Positions 27,984 through 38,940 of a stretch of 64,000 nt of DNA are shown in pieces. The stretch lies in contig CAWDWO010000013.1 of assembly GCA_963806035.1 (NCBI GenBank), forward strand, positions 32,001 through 96,000. The letters run 5' to 3'. Numbering within the stretch: position 1 is the first letter of the stretch; the number at the start of each line of letters is the position of its first letter. A model generated the notes under the pieces. The model was given only the letters and a program-made list of their open reading frames with translations. It was not told where the DNA came from and searched no databases. Made by a program: the position numbers and the translations under genes. Source of the stretch: Candidatus Krumholzibacteriota bacterium. GTDB taxonomy: Bacteria; Krumholzibacteriota; Krumholzibacteriia; JAJRXK01.

Positions 27984-28994
27984 ATGGATGAAGTGAAGAT
28001 GGTTCGCCGGCCGCGGCGCGGGTTCGATGTGCGGCTGCTTCTGGCCCTTTTGGCCCTGTGCCTCATCGCGTGCAAGGCGGAACCGGGGCCGAAGCAGCAT
28101 CGTCCCGGCTCGAGCGCATCGGTGGACGAGGGCTTTTCGCTTCTCTCCCACGCGATGGTCGACAGTGTGGAGCAGGCCTACCTGGGCTATGCCAGCGGCG
28201 ATCTGCGGGTGACCGGCTATCTGTTCATCGCCCCCTACAGTCAACTCGAAGTCGAGCCCTGCCTGATCTTCAACCACGGAGGAGTCAACGGAGTCTCCGA
28301 GGCGGTGAAGGCCAAGTGCCGCTGGCTCGCCAAGCGGGGATTCCTGGTGTTCGCGCCCAGTTACCGCGGGGAGGACGACAGCCAAGGCCGCGTGGAGGTT
28401 GCCGACGGCGAGGTGGACGATGTCCTGGCCGCCATGGCCCTCCTGGAAAAGCACCCCGGGGTGGATCCGAGTCGCTTCGTCATGCTGGGGACCAGCCACG
28501 GCGCGTTGATCTCGGTGAAGGTGGCCACCCGCCCGCTCGGCAAGCGGCTTCTCCGTGGCGTGGTCGCGGCCTACGGCGTGATGGACATCTACGCGTGGTA
28601 TCAGTACCTGCTCGACAACGACTTCGACACCACCGATTCCCTCAGCGTCCGCGTCTACGGGACCGGCCCCGAGGACAAGCCCGAGGCCTTTGCCAAACGA
28701 CAGGCGCTGAGCCTCATCGACGAGCTCGGTCCCGCTCCCATCATGCTGGTCCAGGGGGAGAAGGACCGCATCGTGCCGGTGGAGCAGGCCGAGACCATGG
28801 CCGCGGCCCTGAAAAAGGCGGGCAGGACACAGGATCTGTTGCGCGTGTATCCTGAAGGGGCCCACGGATTCCTCTTCTGGGATGATCCCGCGCTTCATAC
28901 CAAGGAGGAACTGGCGGCATCGGAGAAGGCGTGGCGCGACATCCTCCAATTCTTCAAAGCCACCGTCGGCACCAAAGCAACGGGTCGAGACTGA
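27984..28994 (+). CDS. Alpha/beta hydrolase (S9 peptidase-like) lipoprotein
   Basis: NHGG, YRG, GTSHG nucleophile elbow, QGEKD, YPEGAHG; lipobox LIAC. Confidence 0.9.
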   Translation: MDEVKMVRRPRRGFDVRLLLALLALCLIACKAEPGPKQHRPGSSASVDEGFSLLSHAMVDSVEQAYLGYASGDLRVTGYLFIAPYSQLEVEPCLIFNHGGVNGVSEAVKAKCRWLAKRGFLVFAPSYRGEDDSQGRVEVADGEVDDVLAAMALLEKHPGVDPSRFVMLGTSHGALISVKVATRPLGKRLLRGVVAAYGVMDIYAWYQYLLDNDFDTTDSLSVRVYGTGPEDKPEAFAKRQALSLIDELGPAPIMLVQGEKDRIVPVEQAETMAAALKKAGRTQDLLRVYPEGAHGFLFWDDPALHTKEELAASEKAWRDILQFFKATVGTKATGRD

Positions 28995-29938
28995 GGCGGC
29001 TATTCGGCATTCTCGCGTTGCTCGCGCTCGGGGTGGCCTGCACGGCGTCAGCGCAGGTCGACCGCACCCCGGTGCACCGCATGGGGGGCCCCCCACCGGT
29101 CAGGATCCGCGCTGAAGCGGGTCTGGAAAAAATGGCCGACGGTATCCTCGAACTCTGGCCCAAGCTCGCGCCGCCGGTGGCGCAGGGTCTGGGGCTGCAA
29201 GCGCCCCGTCCGGTGGAGATCGTGGTCCTGAGCGGCGCGACCTTCCGTCCCTGGGCGCGCGGTCTGATTCCCGAGTGGGGGGCGGGCTTCACGAATTGGC
29301 CCACCGGTCCCATCGTGCTGGACGCGGACGCAGTGAGCGGCGGCGCCAAGAGTCTTCCTGAGATTTTGCGCCACGAACTTTCCCACGCCTATCTCGGGCA
29401 GCGGGTCGGCAGCAACGCCGGACTCCCGCGCTGGTTCGTCGAGGGCGTCGCGCAGGCGCAGTCCGGGGAGTGGCGCTGGCTCGACACCTTCGCTCTGGTT
29501 CGCGGCGCCGCGACGAACGACTTGCCCGCATTGGAGCGCATTCAGTTCGCCTTTCCCCGCGGCGGCTCGGCCGCGCGACAGGCCTACGCCCTGAGTCTGG
29601 CGGCCGTGCTCTCTCTGGAAGATCGTTTGCGCGAGGAGGGAGGATGGCGCGCGCTGGTGGATGCGGTTGCGCAGGGCGAGCGTTTCGATTCGGCTTTTCT
29701 CCGCCTGAGCGGCATCACGGTGCACTCCTTCGCCCTGTCCTTCGACGAGGGATTGAAGTCCCGCTACGGCTGGATCGCCGCGTTCACGCAGCTGGCGTCG
29801 GTGTTCCTGCTGATGACGCTGCTCTTCCTCGCCGGCTACGCGCGGACGGTATATCGCAATCGGCGCCGGCTGGCGGAGATGGAAGCGGAGGAAAACTCGG
29901 CGGCCGATGATCCCGGAAACTTCCCCACGCCGCTCTAG
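28931..29938 (+). CDS. Peptidase MA-family metalloprotein with C-terminal TM anchor
   Basis: LRHELSH and PRWFVEGVA; true start probably near 28991. Confidence 0.85.
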   Translation: MARHPPILQSHRRHQSNGSRLRRLFGILALLALGVACTASAQVDRTPVHRMGGPPPVRIRAEAGLEKMADGILELWPKLAPPVAQGLGLQAPRPVEIVVLSGATFRPWARGLIPEWGAGFTNWPTGPIVLDADAVSGGAKSLPEILRHELSHAYLGQRVGSNAGLPRWFVEGVAQAQSGEWRWLDTFALVRGAATNDLPALERIQFAFPRGGSAARQAYALSLAAVLSLEDRLREEGGWRALVDAVAQGERFDSAFLRLSGITVHSFALSFDEGLKSRYGWIAAFTQLASVFLLMTLLFLAGYARTVYRNRRRLAEMEAEENSAADDPGNFPTPL

Positions 29939-30846
29939 CGGACGGGCGGCGGACGTAACTCCGCATCCAGAACCTGCACTTTGATGGGATCGGAGATGGC
30001 GGGAACGAAGGCCGGGACCAGCGAGATGGAGCTCTCGGTTGCCATTCCCCACCAGTCGACCTGAGGGTCGTAGATCCCGTCGCCGCTCGTGTCCAGGATG
30101 ATGCCCATCGCGTAGTACTTACCCGCGGCGAGACCGTCGACGATCTGGGCGTAACGCACTCGCTCGGTGCTGGGATCCTCGAGGGTGGCGAGATCCACCG
30201 TGCTGGCCTGCAGTGCGAAGAGCTGCGCGGGCGAATTGGCGAAGCGCGCGGTGTCGAAATCGTAGAAGAGGAGCAGCGTGTACTTCGGTGAGGGTCCCCC
30301 CACCGTGCGTTGGCCGGCGATGGCCATGATGAAGCCCGAAGGCGCGCTCTGCGCCTTCGTCAAGAACTCCCACAGCCAGGGATGCGCGAAGCGGGGCCCG
30401 TCGATCAGAATTCGTTGCAGCTCGGTGCTCGCTTGGGGAGTGAAGCCGTCGATCCAGTAGATGGCCGAAGTGCTGCTGACGCGCCGCGTCCAACCATCCT
30501 CCACCTTCGGCCAGAAGCCGAAGCTGAGATCGCCGGGACTCGCCGTCTGATTCAAATCGAGCCTCAGGGAGGTGGGAAAGTTCACGTCGTACAAAACGTA
30601 GTCGTTGGGTTTGTCCGCGGTGGGAAAGGCGGGCACGGCATTCTGGATCTTCAGGCCGGTGGGAACGATGGCGTCTTCATAGGTGGGATTGGTGCACGAA
30701 GAGGCGCTCAAGAGGGGCAGAAGGACCCCCAAGAGGAGCAGTCCCAATCCACCACGCCACGAATCCGCGGCGCGCGGCAAGGGTGGCCTGAACTGCGCGC
30801 GAGCGGGAACTTTCGGGCGCTGGCGAAACATGACGGTGATGCGCAT
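29935..30846 (-). CDS. Hypothetical lipoprotein
   Basis: Hydrophobic stretch followed by SSC; DTSGDGIYD Ca-loop-like motif. Confidence 0.65.
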   Translation of the reverse strand: MRITVMFRQRPKVPARAQFRPPLPRAADSWRGGLGLLLLGVLLPLLSASSCTNPTYEDAIVPTGLKIQNAVPAFPTADKPNDYVLYDVNFPTSLRLDLNQTASPGDLSFGFWPKVEDGWTRRVSSTSAIYWIDGFTPQASTELQRILIDGPRFAHPWLWEFLTKAQSAPSGFIMAIAGQRTVGGPSPKYTLLLFYDFDTARFANSPAQLFALQASTVDLATLEDPSTERVRYAQIVDGLAAGKYYAMGIILDTSGDGIYDPQVDWWGMATESSISLVPAFVPAISDPIKVQVLDAELRPPPVR

Positions 30847-30949
30847 GGCACCAAGATAAGCAGGGGGACAGTTGTGGGGCCAGGGGGGGCGCCCCCGGCC
30901 CCGGATTGCGCGCCTTGCCGCCTCGAGGCGGCGCGCTTCGAGCGCCTTC

Positions 30950-31375
30950 CTAGGCGCTCAAGTTCCAGAGTTTCATCCCGATACTCGCGTCGTGGGCGCG
31001 GTGCAGCTCGTACTCGCCGGGCCAGATCGAAAGCTCGGCGGTCGCGGTGACCGTGGCTGCGAAGAGGTGTCCGCCGACCAGGGTGAACTCGGGGTTGGCG
31101 GCGATGGCATGGACGTGGAGGAAGGAGGCGCCATCCTTCCAGGAGAGGTTGCCCGAGAGATTCAAGAGCTCGTGCGGACCGGGAAACTGGCGCCGGGTGT
31201 ACTCCTCACGCTCGAGATTCCAGTAGCCCAGGTCGAGCTTGTCGACGGCTCCGATGCCGATCACCGTGGCGTTGGGGATCTTCTGCTCCTCTGCGAAGCG
31301 CTGGACGGTCTGGATGAGCTCCTCGCCGCGCTGCAGGCGCATGAGGAGGCGGTTTCCGTCTTTCTTGAACTCCAT
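30950..31375 (-). CDS. PPC/DUF296 domain protein
   Basis: RLQRGEEL, GIGAV, ELLNLSGN, HVH, GGHL. Confidence 0.93.
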   Translation of the reverse strand: MEFKKDGNRLLMRLQRGEELIQTVQRFAEEQKIPNATVIGIGAVDKLDLGYWNLEREEYTRRQFPGPHELLNLSGNLSWKDGASFLHVHAIAANPEFTLVGGHLFAATVTATAELSIWPGEYELHRAHDASIGMKLWNLSA

Positions 31376-31503
31376 GACTGATTCCTCTCCAGTGTTGGAT
31401 GACGATGGTGGGTGGTGCATCCCGCGGGGAAATACCACCGGTTGTTAAGGGGGAGAGCAACGCATACACTGCCAAGCCACGGCGGCGTTGCAAGAGGGAG
31501 AAG

Positions 31504-32502
31504 ATGACTTTGGCACACGAATTCTACCAGGGAAAAAAAGTTTTGGTCACCGGTGGATTGGGATTTCTGGGGAGTTCGCTGGCGATTGCGCTGGTAAAGG
31601 CCGGCGCGCGAGTGACGGTGCTGGATGCGATGATTCCGCTCTTCGGCGGCAACCGATTCAACGTGGAGCCGGTGAAGGATGAGATCGAGGTTCGGATTCA
31701 GGACATACGCGACCCCGAGCCGACAAAAGCCGCGGTGGTGGGCAAGGACATTCTCTTTCACATCGGAATGCAGACCAGTCACGTCGATTCGATGACTCGG
31801 CCGTTGTGGGACGTGGACATCAACTGTCGGGGAAACCTCGTCGTCTACGAGGCGGTGCGTCATCACGCTCCGCAGTGTCACGTGATCTACGCGGGCACTC
31901 GCGGCCAGTACGGTGTGCCGCGCGAGACGCCGGTCACCGAAGAACACCCCATGCGTCCCACCGACATCTACGGGGTGAACAAAGTGGCGGCGGAGCTCTA
32001 CGGTTTCGTCTACGGGAAGGCGCACGGGATGCGATTCACCAGCCTGCGCGTGAACAACACCTACGGTCCCAGGCATCAAATGAAGCACGGGAAATACGGA
32101 ATTCTGAACTGGTTCCTGCGCTTGGCCCTCGACGGCGATACCATCTCCATTTACGGAGACGGCCAGCAGAAACGCGACTATAACTACGTGGACGACGTCA
32201 CCGAGGCCTTCCTCTTGTGCGGAGAGAATGCTCAGAAGACGGAGGGGGAGGCCTACCACCTGGGCGGCGACGAGCCGCGAGCCTTCAAGGAAGTGGCGGA
32301 GATGGTCATCGAGGCCGCGGGCAATGGCCGATTGAAACTCGCTCCATGGCCCGAGGAGCGCAGAGTGATCGAGACCGGCGATTTCGTGGCGGATCACTCC
32401 AAGTTCAGCGAGGCGACGGGGTGGGAGCCGAAGATCAAGCTGGCGCAGGGGCTGCCCATGACCGTCGAGTACTATCGCCGCTTCAAGGAGCGCTATTGGT
32501 GA
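31504..32502 (+). CDS. NAD-dependent nucleotide-sugar epimerase/dehydratase
   Basis: VTGGLGFLGS, YGVNK (YxxxK), NTYGP, RDYNYVDD. Confidence 0.95.
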   Translation: MTLAHEFYQGKKVLVTGGLGFLGSSLAIALVKAGARVTVLDAMIPLFGGNRFNVEPVKDEIEVRIQDIRDPEPTKAAVVGKDILFHIGMQTSHVDSMTRPLWDVDINCRGNLVVYEAVRHHAPQCHVIYAGTRGQYGVPRETPVTEEHPMRPTDIYGVNKVAAELYGFVYGKAHGMRFTSLRVNNTYGPRHQMKHGKYGILNWFLRLALDGDTISIYGDGQQKRDYNYVDDVTEAFLLCGENAQKTEGEAYHLGGDEPRAFKEVAEMVIEAAGNGRLKLAPWPEERRVIETGDFVADHSKFSEATGWEPKIKLAQGLPMTVEYYRRFKERYW

Positions 32503-32573
32503 GAAGGAGCGCCTGAATTTCCCAGCTGAGCGCGCGCGGCGAAAATTCCCATCCCGCAGAGCGAAGAGGTAGC

Positions 32574-33227
32574 ATGCAGTTCATTTTGGTCGTCGATCGC
32601 AAGCACATCTTTCCCCATCTCGCACCACAGGGATTTCTTTCCCTGGATGCCGTCGATCTCCCCAGCGTCGAGGAGCACGTCTTCTTCGCCGAGCGTGCTT
32701 TCATGGAGCAATGCAGCCACTTCAAGCAGATCATTCCCTACATGGTGATCACCTTCGGTGACGAAGTGCTGTGTTATCAGCGGCGCGCCAAACACACCGA
32801 GTCCCGGCTCGGGGGGCTGTGGACCCTCGGATTCGGCGGTCACATCGAACCCATGGACCGCGATGAGTCGGATCGCAGCGGCTTCATTCACGCGGCGGCT
32901 CTGCGCGAACTCAAAGAGGAAACCGGACTGATCGTCGAAGCCGCGGCGCTTCGGCCGCTGGGCTACATCAACTCCGAGCGCGAAGAGGTCAGTCAGGTTC
33001 ACTTCGGCGTGTTCTTCGAACTCGACCTGCGAAAAGACGGCCGCAGCAAGGAAGAGATCGCCGAACTGGTGGGCGCGCAGTCCGAACCTCACCGCGTGGC
33101 CTGGCGTTCGCGTTCCCAGCTGCATTCGACGCAGGGAACCCCTCCTGCCCCCGACGAGGGCCGCTGGGAAGACTGGACGCTCTATGTGCTCCAGAGCGGC
33201 GTACTCAGCGCGGGTACCGCGATCTGA
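32574..33227 (+). CDS. NUDIX-family phosphoesterase (YmaB-like)
   Basis: KQIIPY, ESRL, GFGGHI, RELKEETG, VHFG. Confidence 0.9.
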   Translation: MQFILVVDRKHIFPHLAPQGFLSLDAVDLPSVEEHVFFAERAFMEQCSHFKQIIPYMVITFGDEVLCYQRRAKHTESRLGGLWTLGFGGHIEPMDRDESDRSGFIHAAALRELKEETGLIVEAAALRPLGYINSEREEVSQVHFGVFFELDLRKDGRSKEEIAELVGAQSEPHRVAWRSRSQLHSTQGTPPAPDEGRWEDWTLYVLQSGVLSAGTAI

Positions 33228-33232
33228 GCGAC

Positions 33233-33571
33233 TCAGCCGGCCAAAAGATGGGGAAACTCGCGGAGAAACTGCGCTTGGGGGATGATGCGATCGGCCCCGG
33301 CCAGCTTGGCCCGAATGGGGAGATCGCCCACGAAGTGATCCAAAAAGGCGATGATCGTGGGATCGCAGGGGCCGGCCTTGAGGGCGGCGATGAACTCGAG
33401 GGCCTCTTCTCCCACGTTGAGATCGATGAAGACGCGGCGCAGCGGCTCACCCTGCGAGCATCGTTGCAGGGTCTCCTGCCGGGGCACGTGCAGGAGCTGG
33501 GTGTCATGCTCTTTAGCCTGCAGCAGGAGCTGCGCCACCAAGCTCTCGTCACGGCTCACGAGGATCAACAT
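33233..33571 (-). CDS. Single-domain receiver-like protein
   Basis: VFIDLN; IIAF; AKLAGADRII; lacks the usual N-terminal acidic pair and conserved Lys. Confidence 0.7.
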   Translation of the reverse strand: MLILVSRDESLVAQLLLQAKEHDTQLLHVPRQETLQRCSQGEPLRRVFIDLNVGEEALEFIAALKAGPCDPTIIAFLDHFVGDLPIRAKLAGADRIIPQAQFLREFPHLLAG

Positions 33572-33613
33572 CTGCTTCTCCTGCTCTGCGCGTTCCGTCG
33601 CGCACGGTGGAAT

Positions 33614-34678
33614 TCAGGCCACGAAACGGCGAGGATCCAGGATGGCCGCCATGCCCCCGGGGAGTCCTCTTTCCCTTAGCCATTGTACGAGAAGGTGCCC
33701 CGCCGTGGGAGCAAGATCGAAATCGCGCGCACCGAAGCCGGCCGCGAGCAGCAGTCGCCGCCGATGTGGCGCGGGCCCCACCAGCGGTCTCTTGTCCTTG
33801 CCTTGCATGCTCTCCCAGACCCCCGAACTCCACACCGTCGCCCGATCCAGCGCGGGCAGCAGGGGGTCGTTGAGGGGGGCGCCCTCCTGGGCCAGGCCGT
33901 TGCGGCGGATCCAGCCGCCGGCCATGGGCCGCCAGCTCAAGCCGAGGCGCTCGTGCCACAGGATACTGATAGAAGCGCCGAAATCCGCCGGGGGTTGCAG
34001 CAGCTGAAAGGGCCGGAGCTTCTGCTCGAGCGCGCGCGTGGCAATTTCGGGGGCCAGGCTGCGCACGACGGAGTCGCTGGCCAGCACCGTCCATCCCGCG
34101 ACGATCTTGCCGTGACTGGTCGTGACTCCGCTCACGAGATCTTCGTGTGAATCGAGCCGGAGCGGGGTTTCACCCTGGATGATCCGTACTCCGCGGCGGG
34201 CAGCCAGCCGCGCGAGGACATCGATTGTCCGCCGTGGATCGAGCAATGCGGCGTCGTGTAGCCACAATCCGGCCCCCTTGGCGGGAAATGTGCCGCGTGG
34301 TTCGTGTCGCGCCAACTGGTCCTCGTCGACTTCCTCTGCCGCCATTCCGTGCGGCCTGAGCCGCAATCCGCGTCCCAGGACGCGCGGAGCCAGCGCTTCG
34401 TCCGCGATCACCAGCATCCCGCAGCGCGCGAGGCCGAGATCCTCTTCGGCTTCTTGGGCCCAATTCTGGTAGGCTTGCGGCGCGGGGGCGGAGAGATCCG
34501 CCAGAGCGGCCAACTCGTGATAGCCGTGCAAGAGGGCGGGAGAGCGCGCGGAGCTGTCGTCGCCCAGGAAGCCGGGAGCGAGCAGCCAGACCTCTTTGTG
34601 GCCCGTCTCCTGCATGGCGAGGGCGCAAGCGCAGGCGCTGATGCCTCCGCCGAGGATGAGGATTTCACAGTTTCGCAT
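33614..34678 (-). CDS. FAD-dependent oxidoreductase, DadA/sarcosine oxidase beta-like
   Basis: ILILGGGISA; LDPRR; DKRPLVGP; LLAAGF..LAP. Confidence 0.8.
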   Translation of the reverse strand: MRNCEILILGGGISACACALAMQETGHKEVWLLAPGFLGDDSSARSPALLHGYHELAALADLSAPAPQAYQNWAQEAEEDLGLARCGMLVIADEALAPRVLGRGLRLRPHGMAAEEVDEDQLARHEPRGTFPAKGAGLWLHDAALLDPRRTIDVLARLAARRGVRIIQGETPLRLDSHEDLVSGVTTSHGKIVAGWTVLASDSVVRSLAPEIATRALEQKLRPFQLLQPPADFGASISILWHERLGLSWRPMAGGWIRRNGLAQEGAPLNDPLLPALDRATVWSSGVWESMQGKDKRPLVGPAPHRRRLLLAAGFGARDFDLAPTAGHLLVQWLRERGLPGGMAAILDPRRFVA

Positions 34679-34822
34679 GGGATCCTCTTTTGAAATTGGA
34701 GCCTAGCCGGGCTCGGCGGGCCGTGCAACGATCCGAATGAGCGCGGTCCAAGGCGCGAAGAAGATGTTTCGATTCCCACACGGCCCCCGTGGGATGGTCC
34801 CAGATCTCCAAGGCGGTCGACA

Positions 34823-36460
34823 TTGCGAACTCCACTGAATGCTGGTCCGAGCCTCGATTCGCTCCTCGATCGCTACGAAGAGCGTACCCACCTCTTCCGG
34901 CCCGACGAGGCCAGAGAGCTGGGCCTTCACCAGTATGACGGCCATCTGGCGCAGATCGGCCGCGACGCGCGGCGCAGCCGGCTTCTCTTCCTGCAGGAGA
35001 TGATGGACGGCCTGGGACCCAATCCGGTGGGTCTCGATGCCCGCCTCTTCCATCAGGCACTCAGGAGCGAGGTCTGGCGGCTGAGCGTGCAGCGCAAGGA
35101 CGAGACCGATCCCATGCACGCGGCCGACCTGGTGGATCCCTCATGCTACCTGCGCTGGGACTACGCACCGTGGGAGGAACGCGCGCGCGCGCTGCAAACT
35201 CATCTCGAGCAGATCCCCGCCTTTCTCGATGCAGTGCGTGACGAACTCGAAGCCGAACTCTCCGCTCCGGCCGTCAACACCGCCCTCTCGGTGTTCAAGG
35301 GCCTGGAGAGTTTCGTGCGCAGCGGGATTTTGCAGGCGGCCCACAGGGAGGGTCCGCTTCCGCGGGGCTTGGAAAGCTGCTGCGAGTCCGCGGCGGACGC
35401 GGTCGAGCGCCATCTGCAGTTCCTGGAGAAAGAGGCGATTCCGCGCGCGCACCAGGATTTCGCCATGGGCACGGCCGGACTGGAAGGAATGCTGCGCGAG
35501 CAGGAGGGACTGGATCTCGAACTGGACGAGGTGGTGCGAGCGGGTGAGGACGAACTGAATCGCAACCGCTCGGAACTGGAAGAGCTGTGCAGGGAGTATC
35601 GCCCCCGGGCAAAGACCAAGGATGTGCTCGGGTCCATCGCAAAGGACGTCAGCTGGCCCATGGACCTGCGGCGGCGCGGTTCTTTGATCCTGGATGAGCT
35701 GTACGAGTTCGTGCAAGAGCGCGAACTCGTGAGCATTCCCAGCGACGGAAGGCCCCAGATCGATGTGACTCCTCCCTGGATGCGCTGGGCCATCGCCTCC
35801 CTGGAAGATCCCGGCCCCTTCGCGCCGGCGCAGCTGCGCGCCTGGTATTACGTGACCCCTCCGGAAGAGTCCTGGTCGGCCGCGCGCAAGCAGCGCTGGC
35901 TGGCGATGTTCAACGATTCGAGTCTGCGCGTGATCACCGGGCACGAAGTCATGCCGGGACATTTCCTGCATGCCTTGCACGTACGGCGCGCTCCCAGCCG
36001 GGCCTCCCGGCTCTTCGCGGTGTGCTATCACTTCTGGGAAGGATGGGCGCACTACGGCGAGCAACTCTTGGCCGAGGAGTCGTTTCGGGAAGGCGATTTG
36101 AAGTTCGCGATCAACCAGCGGCACGCGGCTCTGGAGAGAAGCGGCCGCTTGATGTGCAGTGTCGGCCTGCACAGCCAATCCTGGAGTCTTGCCGAAGCCA
36201 AGCGCTTCTTGACCGGTCACTGCTACGTGAACGAGGTCATGGCTCAGTGCGAAGCCGAGCGGGGTTGCTTCGATCCGCAGTACCTGGGCTACACCCTGGG
36301 AAAACTACTGCTGATCAAATTGCGCGAGGATGTTCGCAAGATCGAGAAGGACCGATTCTCGCTGAAGTCCTTCCACGACCGGGTGCTTTCGGTAGGGGCA
36401 CCGCCGATTTCACTCTTGCGCGAGGAAGTCTTCGGTCTGCGCGACCGCAAGCTTCTCTGA
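34823..36460 (+). CDS. DUF885 family protein (putative metallopeptidase)
   Basis: HEVMPGHFLH, EGWAHYGE, YLGYTLGK, FHDRVL..GAPP. Confidence 0.92.
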   Translation: MRTPLNAGPSLDSLLDRYEERTHLFRPDEARELGLHQYDGHLAQIGRDARRSRLLFLQEMMDGLGPNPVGLDARLFHQALRSEVWRLSVQRKDETDPMHAADLVDPSCYLRWDYAPWEERARALQTHLEQIPAFLDAVRDELEAELSAPAVNTALSVFKGLESFVRSGILQAAHREGPLPRGLESCCESAADAVERHLQFLEKEAIPRAHQDFAMGTAGLEGMLREQEGLDLELDEVVRAGEDELNRNRSELEELCREYRPRAKTKDVLGSIAKDVSWPMDLRRRGSLILDELYEFVQERELVSIPSDGRPQIDVTPPWMRWAIASLEDPGPFAPAQLRAWYYVTPPEESWSAARKQRWLAMFNDSSLRVITGHEVMPGHFLHALHVRRAPSRASRLFAVCYHFWEGWAHYGEQLLAEESFREGDLKFAINQRHAALERSGRLMCSVGLHSQSWSLAEAKRFLTGHCYVNEVMAQCEAERGCFDPQYLGYTLGKLLLIKLREDVRKIEKDRFSLKSFHDRVLSVGAPPISLLREEVFGLRDRKLL

Positions 36461-36488
36461 GCGCATCCGTGCGCCGCTACGACTTCCT

Positions 36489-37808
36489 TCACTGGGACTT
36501 TTTGCTCTCGATCGTCTCGTAGCGTGCATCCTCGAGCTTGTCCAGGTCGTAGCTCTTGCGGTAGCGCGGCTTGTGCGCGGCGGCAAAAGTTTCCGTGAAA
36601 GCAGCGGTGAGGGGGGTCCCGTCCAGATCGTCGCCGATCGGCGTATTTTCCATGGACAGGATCGTGGGGGCGAGATCGTACACTTTGGTGAAGCTCAGTC
36701 TCTTCCCTTTCGCGATCCCGTGCCCGTAGAGGATCAGCACTCCATTGGGTTTCGCCTGGGCGAGCGGGACCGTTTCACCTTCCGAGTTCTGGACGTGCTC
36801 GATTCCGAAACCGCGCTCGCTCACCACGATGAGAGTTGCATTCCGATCGAGGGCGTCGAGGACCGTGCCCAGCCGTTCGTCGATCCAGCGGTAGGTCTCG
36901 TTCACCGTGTCGCGGAAGCGCCGGTAATTGGGGCTCTGGGCGATGAGCCCCTCCGGCTGCACGAAGTACCAGTACGGCGGGGAGACCACGGCCGGCAGCT
37001 CCAAGAAGCAAGCCGTGAGCTCGGGCTGGTAGTGTTCTTTCAGATAAAGGGCCATGTCCAGATAGCTGAGATCGGTCTGGTGGGTGAGGGCGAAGTCGCG
37101 CAGAGGATTATCCAGATGCTGAATGGATCCCAGGGGTTCGTCGTAAGCCATGGAGAACTCCTTCTCGTTCAAAACGAAGAAGCGCGTGAGTTCTTCCCGG
37201 CTGATGGAGTCAGCGGGGCGGTAGAGCTTCTCCAGCTCCTGAAACAGTGCATTGGGATAGGTCTCGCGTTGTCCCTCCTGCGGATGGAAGCTCACCTCGC
37301 TCGTCTCTGACCAGCGATTGGGAAAGGCCATGTTGCTGACGACTTGGCCGCGGACGACTTCGGCGGGAAAGCTGACGGGCAGGCCCACCAGCGCGACGCT
37401 GTGCCCGTTGCGCGAGAGCATCTGCCAGATGCTGGTGGTCAGGCGGGAAACCGAACGCGCGGGGCAGACGAGCCCGTTCTGCATCGGTTCGAAATTCCCG
37501 TAGATCTGATGTTTCGCATCGCGCTTCCCGCTCTGGATGCTGGCCCAGAGGGCGGCGACCGCCAGAGGGTCCTCGCCCTGTGGATCGGCCCGCGTGCCGC
37601 CCTTCACGATCTTGCTGAAATTGGGGAGCTTTCCCTGGTCCATGAGCGCATCCAGACGGCTCCACTCCAGCGAGGAGACGCCGAGGATGAAGATTTCCGA
37701 GGGATCGCTCGCTTCGTCGCTTCCGGAGCCGCAAGACGCGAGAAAAGCCACGCACAAGCTCAGGCAGAGGCCGAAAACGAAGAGTCGAAGGCGAGTTTTG
37801 ACGAGCAT
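36489..37808 (-). CDS. Alkaline phosphatase / nucleotide pyrophosphatase superfamily lipoprotein with degenerate active site
   Basis: Lipobox LASC; GKLPNF, IWQMLS, YRWIDERLG, DLAPTIL, LDG; catalytic motifs altered (see findings). Confidence 0.8.
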   Translation of the reverse strand: MLVKTRLRLFVFGLCLSLCVAFLASCGSGSDEASDPSEIFILGVSSLEWSRLDALMDQGKLPNFSKIVKGGTRADPQGEDPLAVAALWASIQSGKRDAKHQIYGNFEPMQNGLVCPARSVSRLTTSIWQMLSRNGHSVALVGLPVSFPAEVVRGQVVSNMAFPNRWSETSEVSFHPQEGQRETYPNALFQELEKLYRPADSISREELTRFFVLNEKEFSMAYDEPLGSIQHLDNPLRDFALTHQTDLSYLDMALYLKEHYQPELTACFLELPAVVSPPYWYFVQPEGLIAQSPNYRRFRDTVNETYRWIDERLGTVLDALDRNATLIVVSERGFGIEHVQNSEGETVPLAQAKPNGVLILYGHGIAKGKRLSFTKVYDLAPTILSMENTPIGDDLDGTPLTAAFTETFAAAHKPRYRKSYDLDKLEDARYETIESKKSQ

Positions 37809-37938
37809 GATCTACCGTTCACCACCGTCGAAGTGAAATTGCTTGCCGCGCAGGGCTTGGCGAGAAGGGCCCGAGCGCTTTCCTTATCATCTGCGGCTCC
37901 GTCCGGGTCGCAGTCTCTTTATTCTAAAGGAGAGAGAA

Positions 37939-38931
<993 letters not shown>

Positions 38932-38940
38932 GAGAGAGCC

